NCBI GenBank assembly: GCA_947472115.1
Contig: CANIZU010000003.1
Location: 1-34,912, forward strand
From: Flavobacteriales bacterium
Lineage (GTDB): Bacteria; Bacteroidota; Bacteroidia; NS11-12g; UBA955
DNA: 34,912 nt
Reading direction: 5' to 3'
Shown here: positions 27,111 through 34,912 of the stretch, piece by piece
Position numbering within the stretch: position 1 is the first letter of the stretch
Layout: the number at the start of each line of letters is the position of its first letter
The notes under the pieces: generated by a model
What the model saw: only the letters and a program-made list of their open reading frames with translations
The model's database searches: none
Told to the model about the DNA's origin: nothing
Made by a program: the position numbers and the translations under genes

Positions 27111-28952
27111 ATGGAAAAAGGCAGTAAACGACAGGTTGTTTATATCGGATTGATTGTATTCGTATTTATCGTCTATTCTCTTAAACTGGCAAGTATTCAG
27201 TTGGGTGAGGTGCCTTACAAAAAGATGGCTATCAACAACGCTTTGAATAAAATTACACTATATCCTTCGCGAAGTAATATTTTTGATCGAAAAGGTAAAT
27301 TGATGGTTTATAGTACACAGATGTACGATTTATCGTCGTTTCCCTATGAAATAATGAAACTAGATACTGGATTGCTATGTTCGATATTAGAGATTGATTT
27401 ACCCACAGTTCGACATTTGATTTTGGATGCTAGGATCCGGGCCAAGAAGCGACAGAAGAATAATTCATTTAATAACAGCGCCCTTTTCTATGCCAATTTG
27501 AGTAACAAGCAATTCACTTTATTACGGGAAAATATTTATAGACTACCTGGTTTTTATATAGAATCTAGGACGGATCGACAGTTTGCAACGACATCAGCGC
27601 CGCATGCTTTAGGGTATTTGGGTGAGGCGGATGAGTCTTTGATTGAATTGGATGGATATAATCAGCCAGGTGATTTGGTTGGTATTACAGGTATAGAGCG
27701 TTTTTATGAAAAGCAAATTCGTGGAATTAAGGGTGTAAAAACAGTTTGGCAGGATCGCACTTATACGGAGCGCGGTGTTGTGAAAGATACCCAATTCAAT
27801 TATCCGTCGACCGCAGGCCCTGATGTGATTAGCTCATTGGATTTTGACTTGCAGGAATATGGTCGTTTGTTGTTGAATGGCAAAAAAGGGAGTATCGTAG
27901 CAATTGAACCCACTACAGGTGAGGTAATAGCATTTATCAACAATCCCGATTACGACCCCAATACGATGGTTGGTAGAGAGAGAGCGAAAACGTTTAAAGC
28001 GCTGTTGAGGGATGATCAAAAGCCTTTGTATAATCGAGCGGTGAAGGGTGTTTATCCTCCAGGGTCCACCTTTAAAACAGTGATGGCCTTGATCGCTATG
28101 CAAGAAGGTGTCCTAACCCCTGAAACTACACATGGTTGTGGTGGCGGTTATCGACTTGGAAGTATTCGTGTGGGGTGCCACGCTCACGGTGGTCCTCTGG
28201 ATTTGCGCGGTTCAATTAGAATATCTTGCAATAGTTATTATTGTCAGGTTTTTAGAGACATTATCGATAATCCTAAATATGGTGATGTTAAAATAGGTTA
28301 TGCTGCACTGGAAAAGCATTTGCGTTCGTTTGGCTTAGGTAGTCAGCTGAATATCGATTTATTGGGCGAATCAAGGGGTAATATTCCTTCCGTGGCTCAA
28401 TTAAATCGAAGACATGGTGATCGATGGAAAAGTAGTACAGTAATTTCCTTAAGTATCGGACAGGGCGAGATATTATTGACACCCTTACAAATTTGTAATG
28501 TTGCCGTTATTATGGCCAACAGAGGATGGTATTACGCGCCTCACTTAGTAAAAAAAATCGATGGATTTAATGATACTTCATGGGATCGCAAGTATCGTAT
28601 CAAGAAGTTTACTTCAATTAACCCAACCTACTTTGCTACTATTATCGATGGCATGAGCGATGTTACCAAACCAGGAGGTACAGCCAATGGTACTGGAATT
28701 AACGACATCGAAATTTGTGCTAAGACTGGCACCGCGCAGAATCCTCATGGTAAAGATCACTCTATTTACATGGCATTTGCACCCAAAGACAATCCCAAAA
28801 TAGCCATCGCGGTGTTGGTTGAAAACGGTGGATTTGGCGCAACTTGGGCTGCACCGATTGCAAACTTGATGATAGAAAAATATCTAAAGCCCGGCGCAGA
28901 AACTTCCAAACCCGCAATGGAAGAACGCATCAAAACCAGTGTAATCAAATAG
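27111..28952 (+). CDS. mrdA: Penicillin-binding protein 2 (transpeptidase)
   Basis: YPPGSTFK (SXXK), SCN (SXN), KTGTAQN; N-terminal TM segment. Confidence 0.96.
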   Translation: MEKGSKRQVVYIGLIVFVFIVYSLKLASIQLGEVPYKKMAINNALNKITLYPSRSNIFDRKGKLMVYSTQMYDLSSFPYEIMKLDTGLLCSILEIDLPTVRHLILDARIRAKKRQKNNSFNNSALFYANLSNKQFTLLRENIYRLPGFYIESRTDRQFATTSAPHALGYLGEADESLIELDGYNQPGDLVGITGIERFYEKQIRGIKGVKTVWQDRTYTERGVVKDTQFNYPSTAGPDVISSLDFDLQEYGRLLLNGKKGSIVAIEPTTGEVIAFINNPDYDPNTMVGRERAKTFKALLRDDQKPLYNRAVKGVYPPGSTFKTVMALIAMQEGVLTPETTHGCGGGYRLGSIRVGCHAHGGPLDLRGSIRISCNSYYCQVFRDIIDNPKYGDVKIGYAALEKHLRSFGLGSQLNIDLLGESRGNIPSVAQLNRRHGDRWKSSTVISLSIGQGEILLTPLQICNVAVIMANRGWYYAPHLVKKIDGFNDTSWDRKYRIKKFTSINPTYFATIIDGMSDVTKPGGTANGTGINDIEICAKTGTAQNPHGKDHSIYMAFAPKDNPKIAIAVLVENGGFGATWAAPIANLMIEKYLKPGAETSKPAMEERIKTSVIK

Positions 28953-28958
28953 TGAACC

Positions 28959-30230
28959 GTGAAATATTCGCCACTAAATAACAATACTCAGGAGAAAATC
29001 GACGGGTTATCGATCTTTCTGTTTATAGTTTTGGTTATTATTGGTTTTTTGAGCATCAGCTCGGCGACATCAGAAGTCAATCAAGAGTTTTATTCCCTAT
29101 CTCCTATCGCAATTAAGCAATTGATTTGGATTGGCGGATCCGTAGTAATCATTTTTACGATTCTCTATTCTAATGTCGTGGTGATTGATTATTTCACCTA
29201 CGGATTCTATGCTTTTGCTATTTTACTGAATATTGCGGTTTTGTTTCTAGGTCGAGAAGTTTCAGGTGCAAAGTCTTGGTTTGGATTTGGCGGAATTGGT
29301 ATTCAACCAAGCGAGTTTGCAAAAGTCGCTACAGCTATGGCACTGGCGAAATATTTAGGAACCTACGGCATTCGTTTCCAAGGAGCCAGAAACATCGCAA
29401 TTTGCTTGTTTATTTTCCTCCTCCCTATGGCGATTATTCTGATTCAGAACGATACGGGTAGCGCCTTGGTATTTTTGTCGTTTTTCCTAGTTTTATACAG
29501 AGAAGGTTTACCTGGATTTATTTTAATATCAGCAGTATGGTTGATGTTTCTAGCCATTTGCAGAATTGTAAGTGAAGCTACTGGAATATCGAGTTATTAC
29601 GGATACGGACTGCTTTTAGGTATCGGAAGCATTATGGTGTTTTTTGCCCGTAAGGATAAAGGTATTAGTACACTGATTACAGTTATTGCCGTGGTGTCTG
29701 CGGCTTTTTATACGATCGTAGGAACCGTATATTCAAGTATTCTTCAACCCTATCAAAGAGATCGCATTGAATTGGTTCTTGGATTAAAATCAGATGACCG
29801 TGGTTTGGGCTTCAATTTACGTCAATCTAAGATTGCCATCGGCGCTGGAGAATTGTGGGGACGTGGCTACTTAAAAGGAACCCAAACGAAAATGGGATTC
29901 GTCCCTGAACAACATACAGATTTTATTTTCGACACAATCGGAGAAGAATGGGGATTTGTGGGCGCAACCGTATTTCTTCTGATATTCTGTGGCTTGCTTA
30001 CGAGAATTGTGATTTTAGCGGAGCGACAATCGACCACATTTGGAAGGGTTTTGGGCTATTCGCTGGCATGTGTCTTGTTCTTCCACCTTTCGATAAATAT
30101 CGGCATGACAATCGGTTTGGTCCCAACAATTGGTATCCCTCTCCCATTTATTTCATTTGGAGGAAGTAGTTTGTGGGCCTTTACCTTGTTTTTATTTACC
30201 TTTTTGAGGGTAGATCAGGTAAGAAAGTAA
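28959..30230 (+). CDS. rodA: Rod shape-determining SEDS glycosyltransferase RodA
   Basis: IQPSEFAK, QNDTGSA, PEQHTDFIF..IGEEWG, GIPLPFISFGGSS; GTG start. Confidence 0.96.
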   Translation: MKYSPLNNNTQEKIDGLSIFLFIVLVIIGFLSISSATSEVNQEFYSLSPIAIKQLIWIGGSVVIIFTILYSNVVVIDYFTYGFYAFAILLNIAVLFLGREVSGAKSWFGFGGIGIQPSEFAKVATAMALAKYLGTYGIRFQGARNIAICLFIFLLPMAIILIQNDTGSALVFLSFFLVLYREGLPGFILISAVWLMFLAICRIVSEATGISSYYGYGLLLGIGSIMVFFARKDKGISTLITVIAVVSAAFYTIVGTVYSSILQPYQRDRIELVLGLKSDDRGLGFNLRQSKIAIGAGELWGRGYLKGTQTKMGFVPEQHTDFIFDTIGEEWGFVGATVFLLIFCGLLTRIVILAERQSTTFGRVLGYSLACVLFFHLSINIGMTIGLVPTIGIPLPFISFGGSSLWAFTLFLFTFLRVDQVRK

Positions 30231-30263
30231 ATCGATAAATCATTAATATTGTAGGAATAAATT

Positions 30264-33200
30264 ATGAATAAGTTTCACTGGTGTGGCTTTTCGCTATTGG
30301 GTATAATGGCGATGTCTATGATGGTTTCCTGTGGGAAATCTTCAGATGAAAATGTAGATAAGCTTTTCGAAAAAATGGAATCTGATGTCACAGGCATTGA
30401 TTTCGTGAATATGGTGCCTGAAAACGACACGTTGAATCAGTTTATTTACCATTACTTATATAATGGTAGCGGCGTTGCCATTGGCGATATCAATAACGAT
30501 GGTCTAAACGACTTGTATTTTACTGGGAATGAACAATCATCTCGCTTGTATTTAAACAAAGGAGATTTCAAGTTTGAAGACATCACAGAGAAAAGTGGTA
30601 CCGGCACAAAGCAATGGATTAGCGGTGTCACGATGGTGGATGTCAACAATGATGGCTGGCTAGATATTTACGCTTGCTCATCGGGGCCATTAAAAGGCAA
30701 AGACTCGAAACGAAATCGACTGTTTTTGAATCAAAAAAATGAGACTTTTAAAGAGGTAAGTGCCCAATGGGGTGTGGATGATGCAGGAAATGCAACGTGT
30801 GCCACTTTCTTTGATTATGATAACGATGGGGATTTAGATTTTTACTTAGGTAATCATGCCGATCAGTTCTTTTCCAATATCAATACGCCATTCACGCGTA
30901 CTTTGAACATGACGGAATCAAGTCAGCAGCATTTTTATCGCAACGACGGAAACAAATTTACGGATGTCTCAAATAAAGCAGGTGTGGTAACCATGGGTTA
31001 TTGCTTGAGCGCAGCCGCGGCAGACTACAACAATGATGGCTTCATGGACTTGTATGTTTGTAATGATTATCATGTACCCGATTGCTATTATATCAACAAT
31101 GGAGATGGGACTTTTACCGACAAGTTTGATGAGTTCTTTAAACATTCTAGCACCAATTCTATGGGCTCGGATGTGGCTGATGTTAATAATGATGGCTGGA
31201 GTGATTTGATCACCGTTGATATGCTTTCTGAAAGTCCTAGACGCTATATGAGCCTAATGGGACCAAAGGATTATGATTATACAATGGTCGGCATCAAAAA
31301 CGGGTACAAGCACCAGTACATGAAAAACAACTTGCAAATGAATTTGGGTAATGGTCATTTTTCAGACCTCTCCTACTTATATGGAGTTGCTAAGTCTGAT
31401 TGGAGTTGGAGTCCATTATTATCGGATTTCAACGATGATGGTTTCGTTGATCTGTTTATTTCTAATGGATATTACAGAGATGTAACCAATTTGGATTTCA
31501 TTTTATATCAGTCACGATATGAACAGCAGCAAAAACAAGGACTAAATCATGAGCAATTGCTAAAAAAACTGCCATTTGAAAAGATTCAGAACTTCTTTTT
31601 TCTCAACAACGCAGGTCAAGGCTTTACCAATCGATCTTCTGATGTAGGATTAGACGATTTAAGTTCTAGTACGGGTTCTGCCATCGGCGATCTAGATGGC
31701 GATGGTCGCTTTGATCTAGTTGTATGTAACCAAGGCGAAAAACCCTTCATCTATAAGAATGTGAATACAAGTAACAATTATTTGAATGTCCGATGCCGAG
31801 GTGAAAAAAATCAAAACCATTTTGGGGTTGGCTGTCAACTAATTGTTGAGGATAGCGCGGGCAAAATCCGCAAATTCGAAATCCAACCCAGCAAAGGGTA
31901 CCAAAGTTCATCGGAACACATGGTACATATCGGAATGGGCAATCAATCTTCATTGCAAAAACTTACCATTGTTTGGCCCAATGGTAGCTCTCAAGTCGTA
32001 ACAGATATCAAAGCGAATCAAACGTTGACAGTAAAATCAACTGATGCCACAAGTAAGTTTAATTGGGTAAATTATAGTAATCACGACAAATCACTCTATT
32101 TCAGAGATAATGCGAGTGATTGGAGTTTCAATTTCGTTCATAAAGAACAAGAAAACCCTGATTTCAAGCGTGAACCCCTACTACCTCATAGGTATACAAC
32201 CTTGGGTCCTGGAATGGCTTCTGCCGATGTTAATGGCGATGGCACAATAGATGTTTTTATTGGCGCTGCAAGAGAGAGCAGTGGATCCACCTTGATGCTG
32301 CAAGAAAATTCAGCGGGTGGCAAGTTGAGTCATGCAAAATCTCAGCCATGGAGGGCGTTAGATGTAGATGTGATGGGTGCTGTGTTTTTTGATGCCGATG
32401 GCGACAATGACCAGGATTTGTATGTTGCAGTGGGTGGATCTGAGTTCAGTTGGCCATCGAATAAATATGAACATAAACTATACACTAACGATGGCAAAGG
32501 AAATTTCACCGAATCCAAAGGTGCACTTCCTGGTGTGGTTAGTAGCGCAAGTTCCGTTACATCATCGGATTTTGATGGTGATGGCGATTTAGATCTTTTC
32601 GTAGCCGGTAGAATAATGCCAGGTAACTGGCCAGCATTGGGTGTGCGAAGCTATTTACTTCAAAATAACGGAGGAAAATTCAAAGATGTTACAACCGCGT
32701 TAGCGCCTGATTTAGAAAATGCGGGAATGATTTGTTCAGCCGTTTTCTCAGACTATAATGGCGATGGTAGACCAGATCTTGTTTTGGCCGGAGAATGGAT
32801 GCCATTGATCTTTATGGAGAATACAGGCGGGAAATTCATCAATAAGACCGGGGATGTAGGTGATATGTCGTTGTCTGGTTGGATGAATAGTATTTTACCT
32901 GTTGACATCGATAACGACGGTGATATGGATTATATCGTAGGTAACAAAGGAAACAATAGCTTTATTCAGGCAAAGTCCGGCAGCCCTACCAAAGTGTATT
33001 GGGCAGATTTTGATGGCAATGGAAGTCAGGACGTGACGATGAGTTATTCTTATAATGGCGCCGACTACCCTATCTTCACGATGGATGAAATGGGAAAGGC
33101 ATATCCATTTTTCATCAATAAGAAATTCACTACCTATGGCGATTTTGCAGGCAAAACGATGGATGAAATTTTTGGTGCCGAAGTGCTAAAACAGAACCAA

Positions 33201-33776
33201 TTAACTGTCAATTACTTCTCGAGTTTTGTCGCCATAAATAACGGAGGAAAATTCAGTATGGTCGAACTTCCTATGTGGGCGCAGGCTGGTCCTTTGTTTG
33301 GAATGACGGCTTTTGATGTGGACGGGAATGGATTTGATGATATCATATGCACAGGAAACAATTACAATACGCGAGTACCTCATGGCAGAGACGATGCAAT
33401 TCCATCCTTTGTGTTGATGAATAATGGTGGTAGTTTTGAGTATAAATCCGGAGCCCAATTGGGACTGTATAACCAAGGCGATGGCAAATCCTTAATCTCA
33501 TTACCTACCAAGGGAAAAGCGGTTAGATTTATGATCGCCAATAACAATGGTCCCGCCAAAGGTTTTGAACTTCAAGGATCTGGCAAAACGGCAGCCATTG
33601 AATTCGTAAAAGCACCTTCCCTCGCGTCTTATGCTAAAGTTACTGTAAACGGTTCTATCAAGATGGTAAACCTCAATCAAGGACAAGGATATTTATCATC
33701 CCAAGCTCCCGGAGTCTATAAAACCAAAGGGGTTTCGAAGATTGAATTCTATAACTCTAATGGCAAACGAATCTAA
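30264..33776 (+). CDS. CRTAC1/ASPIC-UnbV family lipoprotein with FG-GAP/VCBS repeats
   Basis: Lipobox MVSC; 14 Dx(N/D)xDGxxD-type Ca-binding repeats in two groups of 7 on either side of an ASPIC/UnbV domain (KGYQSSSEHMVHIGMG...IVWPNG). Confidence 0.9.
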   Translation: MNKFHWCGFSLLGIMAMSMMVSCGKSSDENVDKLFEKMESDVTGIDFVNMVPENDTLNQFIYHYLYNGSGVAIGDINNDGLNDLYFTGNEQSSRLYLNKGDFKFEDITEKSGTGTKQWISGVTMVDVNNDGWLDIYACSSGPLKGKDSKRNRLFLNQKNETFKEVSAQWGVDDAGNATCATFFDYDNDGDLDFYLGNHADQFFSNINTPFTRTLNMTESSQQHFYRNDGNKFTDVSNKAGVVTMGYCLSAAAADYNNDGFMDLYVCNDYHVPDCYYINNGDGTFTDKFDEFFKHSSTNSMGSDVADVNNDGWSDLITVDMLSESPRRYMSLMGPKDYDYTMVGIKNGYKHQYMKNNLQMNLGNGHFSDLSYLYGVAKSDWSWSPLLSDFNDDGFVDLFISNGYYRDVTNLDFILYQSRYEQQQKQGLNHEQLLKKLPFEKIQNFFFLNNAGQGFTNRSSDVGLDDLSSSTGSAIGDLDGDGRFDLVVCNQGEKPFIYKNVNTSNNYLNVRCRGEKNQNHFGVGCQLIVEDSAGKIRKFEIQPSKGYQSSSEHMVHIGMGNQSSLQKLTIVWPNGSSQVVTDIKANQTLTVKSTDATSKFNWVNYSNHDKSLYFRDNASDWSFNFVHKEQENPDFKREPLLPHRYTTLGPGMASADVNGDGTIDVFIGAARESSGSTLMLQENSAGGKLSHAKSQPWRALDVDVMGAVFFDADGDNDQDLYVAVGGSEFSWPSNKYEHKLYTNDGKGNFTESKGALPGVVSSASSVTSSDFDGDGDLDLFVAGRIMPGNWPALGVRSYLLQNNGGKFKDVTTALAPDLENAGMICSAVFSDYNGDGRPDLVLAGEWMPLIFMENTGGKFINKTGDVGDMSLSGWMNSILPVDIDNDGDMDYIVGNKGNNSFIQAKSGSPTKVYWADFDGNGSQDVTMSYSYNGADYPIFTMDEMGKAYPFFINKKFTTYGDFAGKTMDEIFGAEVLKQNQLTVNYFSSFVAINNGGKFSMVELPMWAQAGPLFGMTAFDVDGNGFDDIICTGNNYNTRVPHGRDDAIPSFVLMNNGGSFEYKSGAQLGLYNQGDGKSLISLPTKGKAVRFMIANNNGPAKGFELQGSGKTAAIEFVKAPSLASYAKVTVNGSIKMVNLNQGQGYLSSQAPGVYKTKGVSKIEFYNSNGKRI

Positions 33777-33798
33777 TCGAGGTAATTATTCGATAAAA

Positions 33799-33830
33799 TT
33801 GCATTCTTCAATGAATTTCATTATTTTTGC
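33799..33830 (+). promoter_or_regulatory. Bacteroidota -33/-7 promoter (TTG, 20 nt, TATTTTTGC)
   Basis: TTG at 33799-33801 and exact TAnnTTTG at 33822-33829; 18 nt before ATG 33848. Confidence 0.72.
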
Positions 33831-33847
33831 GTCCTAATTTTAAGAAA

Positions 33848-34003
33848 ATGGCTGTTACTAAACTCAAAAGAAAAGAAGCAAAAAACAGAAGCAGAATGAC
33901 CAAGCGCGTTGATAACATCAAACGTTTAAAAATGGTTACGAACATTGCTTCTCCATACAAAGGCGTTTCAGGAATTATCTTGGAAGATCAAGAAAACCAA
34001 TAA
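33848..34003 (+). CDS. Small basic protein of unknown function (51 aa; below the ORF-track cutoff)
   Basis: MAVTKLKRKEAKNRSRMTKRVDNIKRLKMVTNIASPYKGVSGIILEDQENQ; own promoter, A-rich initiation context (AAGAAA-ATG) and own terminator. Confidence 0.82.
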   Translation: MAVTKLKRKEAKNRSRMTKRVDNIKRLKMVTNIASPYKGVSGIILEDQENQ

Positions 34004-34024
34004 ATGTCATTGTTTTAGATAGTT

Positions 34025-34053
34025 AAGGCACGCAACTTTGCGTGCCTTTTTTT
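34025..34053 (+). terminator. Rho-independent terminator
   Basis: AAGGCACGCAA-CT-TTGCGTGCC followed by T7, 21 nt after the small ORF stop. Confidence 0.9.
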
Positions 34054-34074
34054 ATATATTTACATCTTAGAGTC

Positions 34075-34912
34075 ATGAAAAAAATCTACCCTATTTTAAC
34101 CATTGCCCTTATTTACCTAGCCACGTCTTGTGGTAAACCTGCTGAAAAAGAAAATAAAATCATTCACAACGACATTCTGACGACATGCAACCTCGCTATA
34201 CAAAATGCGATTGTAGTTGATCACGTAGCTGCTCCAGTGGGTTCTAGACGTTATGTCTACGCTTCTATTGCTGCGTATGAGGCGCTTGTACCCTTCTATT
34301 CTGAATATCAAAGCGCAGCGCCCATGATGAATGGATTAAAGATGCCTCCATCCCCTGATACATCAAAAAGATACTGCCTGGATTTAGTGGCCTTGGCTGC
34401 ACATACCTATGTCAGTCAAAAATTGGTCTATAAGGAAGATAGTATCATCAACTTTAGAAAACGTATGCTCGATGAATATAAATCTCAAATGTCGAACTCG
34501 ATGTTTGAATCTTCCATCGCTTATGGTGATTCAGTGGGGAATCATATTGTAAAATGGTCAAAAAAGGATTCGTTTGCATATTATAGAGGACGTGAATTTT
34601 TCTTAACTCGTAATAAGCCCGGTTCTTGGGAGCCTACACCACCCGACTTCATGGAAGCCATCGAACCCAATTGGGGTAAAATTAGACCCGTATTGGTTAG
34701 GTCGGTCCGTGATTTCACTTGGGAACAACCCGAACCATTCTCAACCGATAAAAAGTCCCGTTTTTACCGTATTACCAAAGAGGTTTATGATACAGTAAAT
34801 GCTAAAAATCCCGCCAACCTGCAAACTGCTTTGTATTGGGATGATAATCCGAATGCGTCGGTTCACTACGGACATGCTACCATAAACATTTTGAAGGTAA
34901 GTCCAGCCGGAC
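34075..34912 (+). CDS. Vanadium-dependent haloperoxidase-like (PAP2 superfamily) lipoprotein, 5' part; runs off the right edge; absent from ORF track
   Basis: Manual translation: MKKIYPILTIALIYLATSC (lipobox)...APVGSRRYVYASIAAYEAL...GSWEPTPPDFMEAIEPNWGKIRP...ALYWDDNP...KVSPAG. This matches the N-terminal two thirds of Bacteroidota VHPO-family proteins; the catalytic motifs lie outside the window. Confidence 0.82.
   Translation, partial: MKKIYPILTIALIYLATSCGKPAEKENKIIHNDILTTCNLAIQNAIVVDHVAAPVGSRRYVYASIAAYEALVPFYSEYQSAAPMMNGLKMPPSPDTSKRYCLDLVALAAHTYVSQKLVYKEDSIINFRKRMLDEYKSQMSNSMFESSIAYGDSVGNHIVKWSKKDSFAYYRGREFFLTRNKPGSWEPTPPDFMEAIEPNWGKIRPVLVRSVRDFTWEQPEPFSTDKKSRFYRITKEVYDTVNAKNPANLQTALYWDDNPNASVHYGHATINILKVSPAG

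Noticed and set aside
30264-33776. Enediyne biosynthetic cluster suggested by the UnbV domain; repeats as a possible DNA array
   Set aside because: No PKS, thioesterase or UnbL/UnbU genes in the window. The repeats are degenerate protein-level motifs, not CRISPR-like or tandem DNA repeats.
34117-34311. 64-aa minus-strand ORF at the right end
   Set aside because: Antisense to the haloperoxidase-like gene starting at 34075.

Overview
A compact, mostly housekeeping chromosomal segment of a Bacteroidota bacterium, judged from the TAnnTTTG-type promoters, a T9SS C-terminal sorting domain, a TonB receptor/DUF4249 pair and glsA/glsB-like genes. In order: gyrA (5' part, runs off the left edge), M16 peptidase, uvrA, DUF4249 lipoprotein, TonB-dependent receptor, folB (all minus strand); glutaryl-CoA dehydrogenase, phosphohexomutase, glycine-lipid acyltransferase pair (plus); T9SS-secreted S8 protease (minus); tcdA and a lipocalin-like lipoprotein (plus); TPR lipoprotein, tRNA-Leu(TAA), rocD (minus); a very diverged peptidase-like/Omp85-barrel protein, mreBCD-mrdA-rodA, a double beta-propeller ASPIC/UnbV lipoprotein, a 51-aa basic protein missed by the ORF track, and a vanadium haloperoxidase-like lipoprotein that runs off the right edge (plus). 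I see no mobile elements, CRISPR arrays or defence systems. The best leads are: (i) the stand-alone small basic protein; (ii) the UnbV-propeller plus haloperoxidase pair; (iii) repeated promoter-to-ATG spacing that implies leaderless mRNAs; (iv) a tRNA joined 3 nt upstream of a start codon; (v) a pseudo-peptidase Omp85 gene heading the elongasome cluster. Family assignments come from motif recognition only; no database searches were run.
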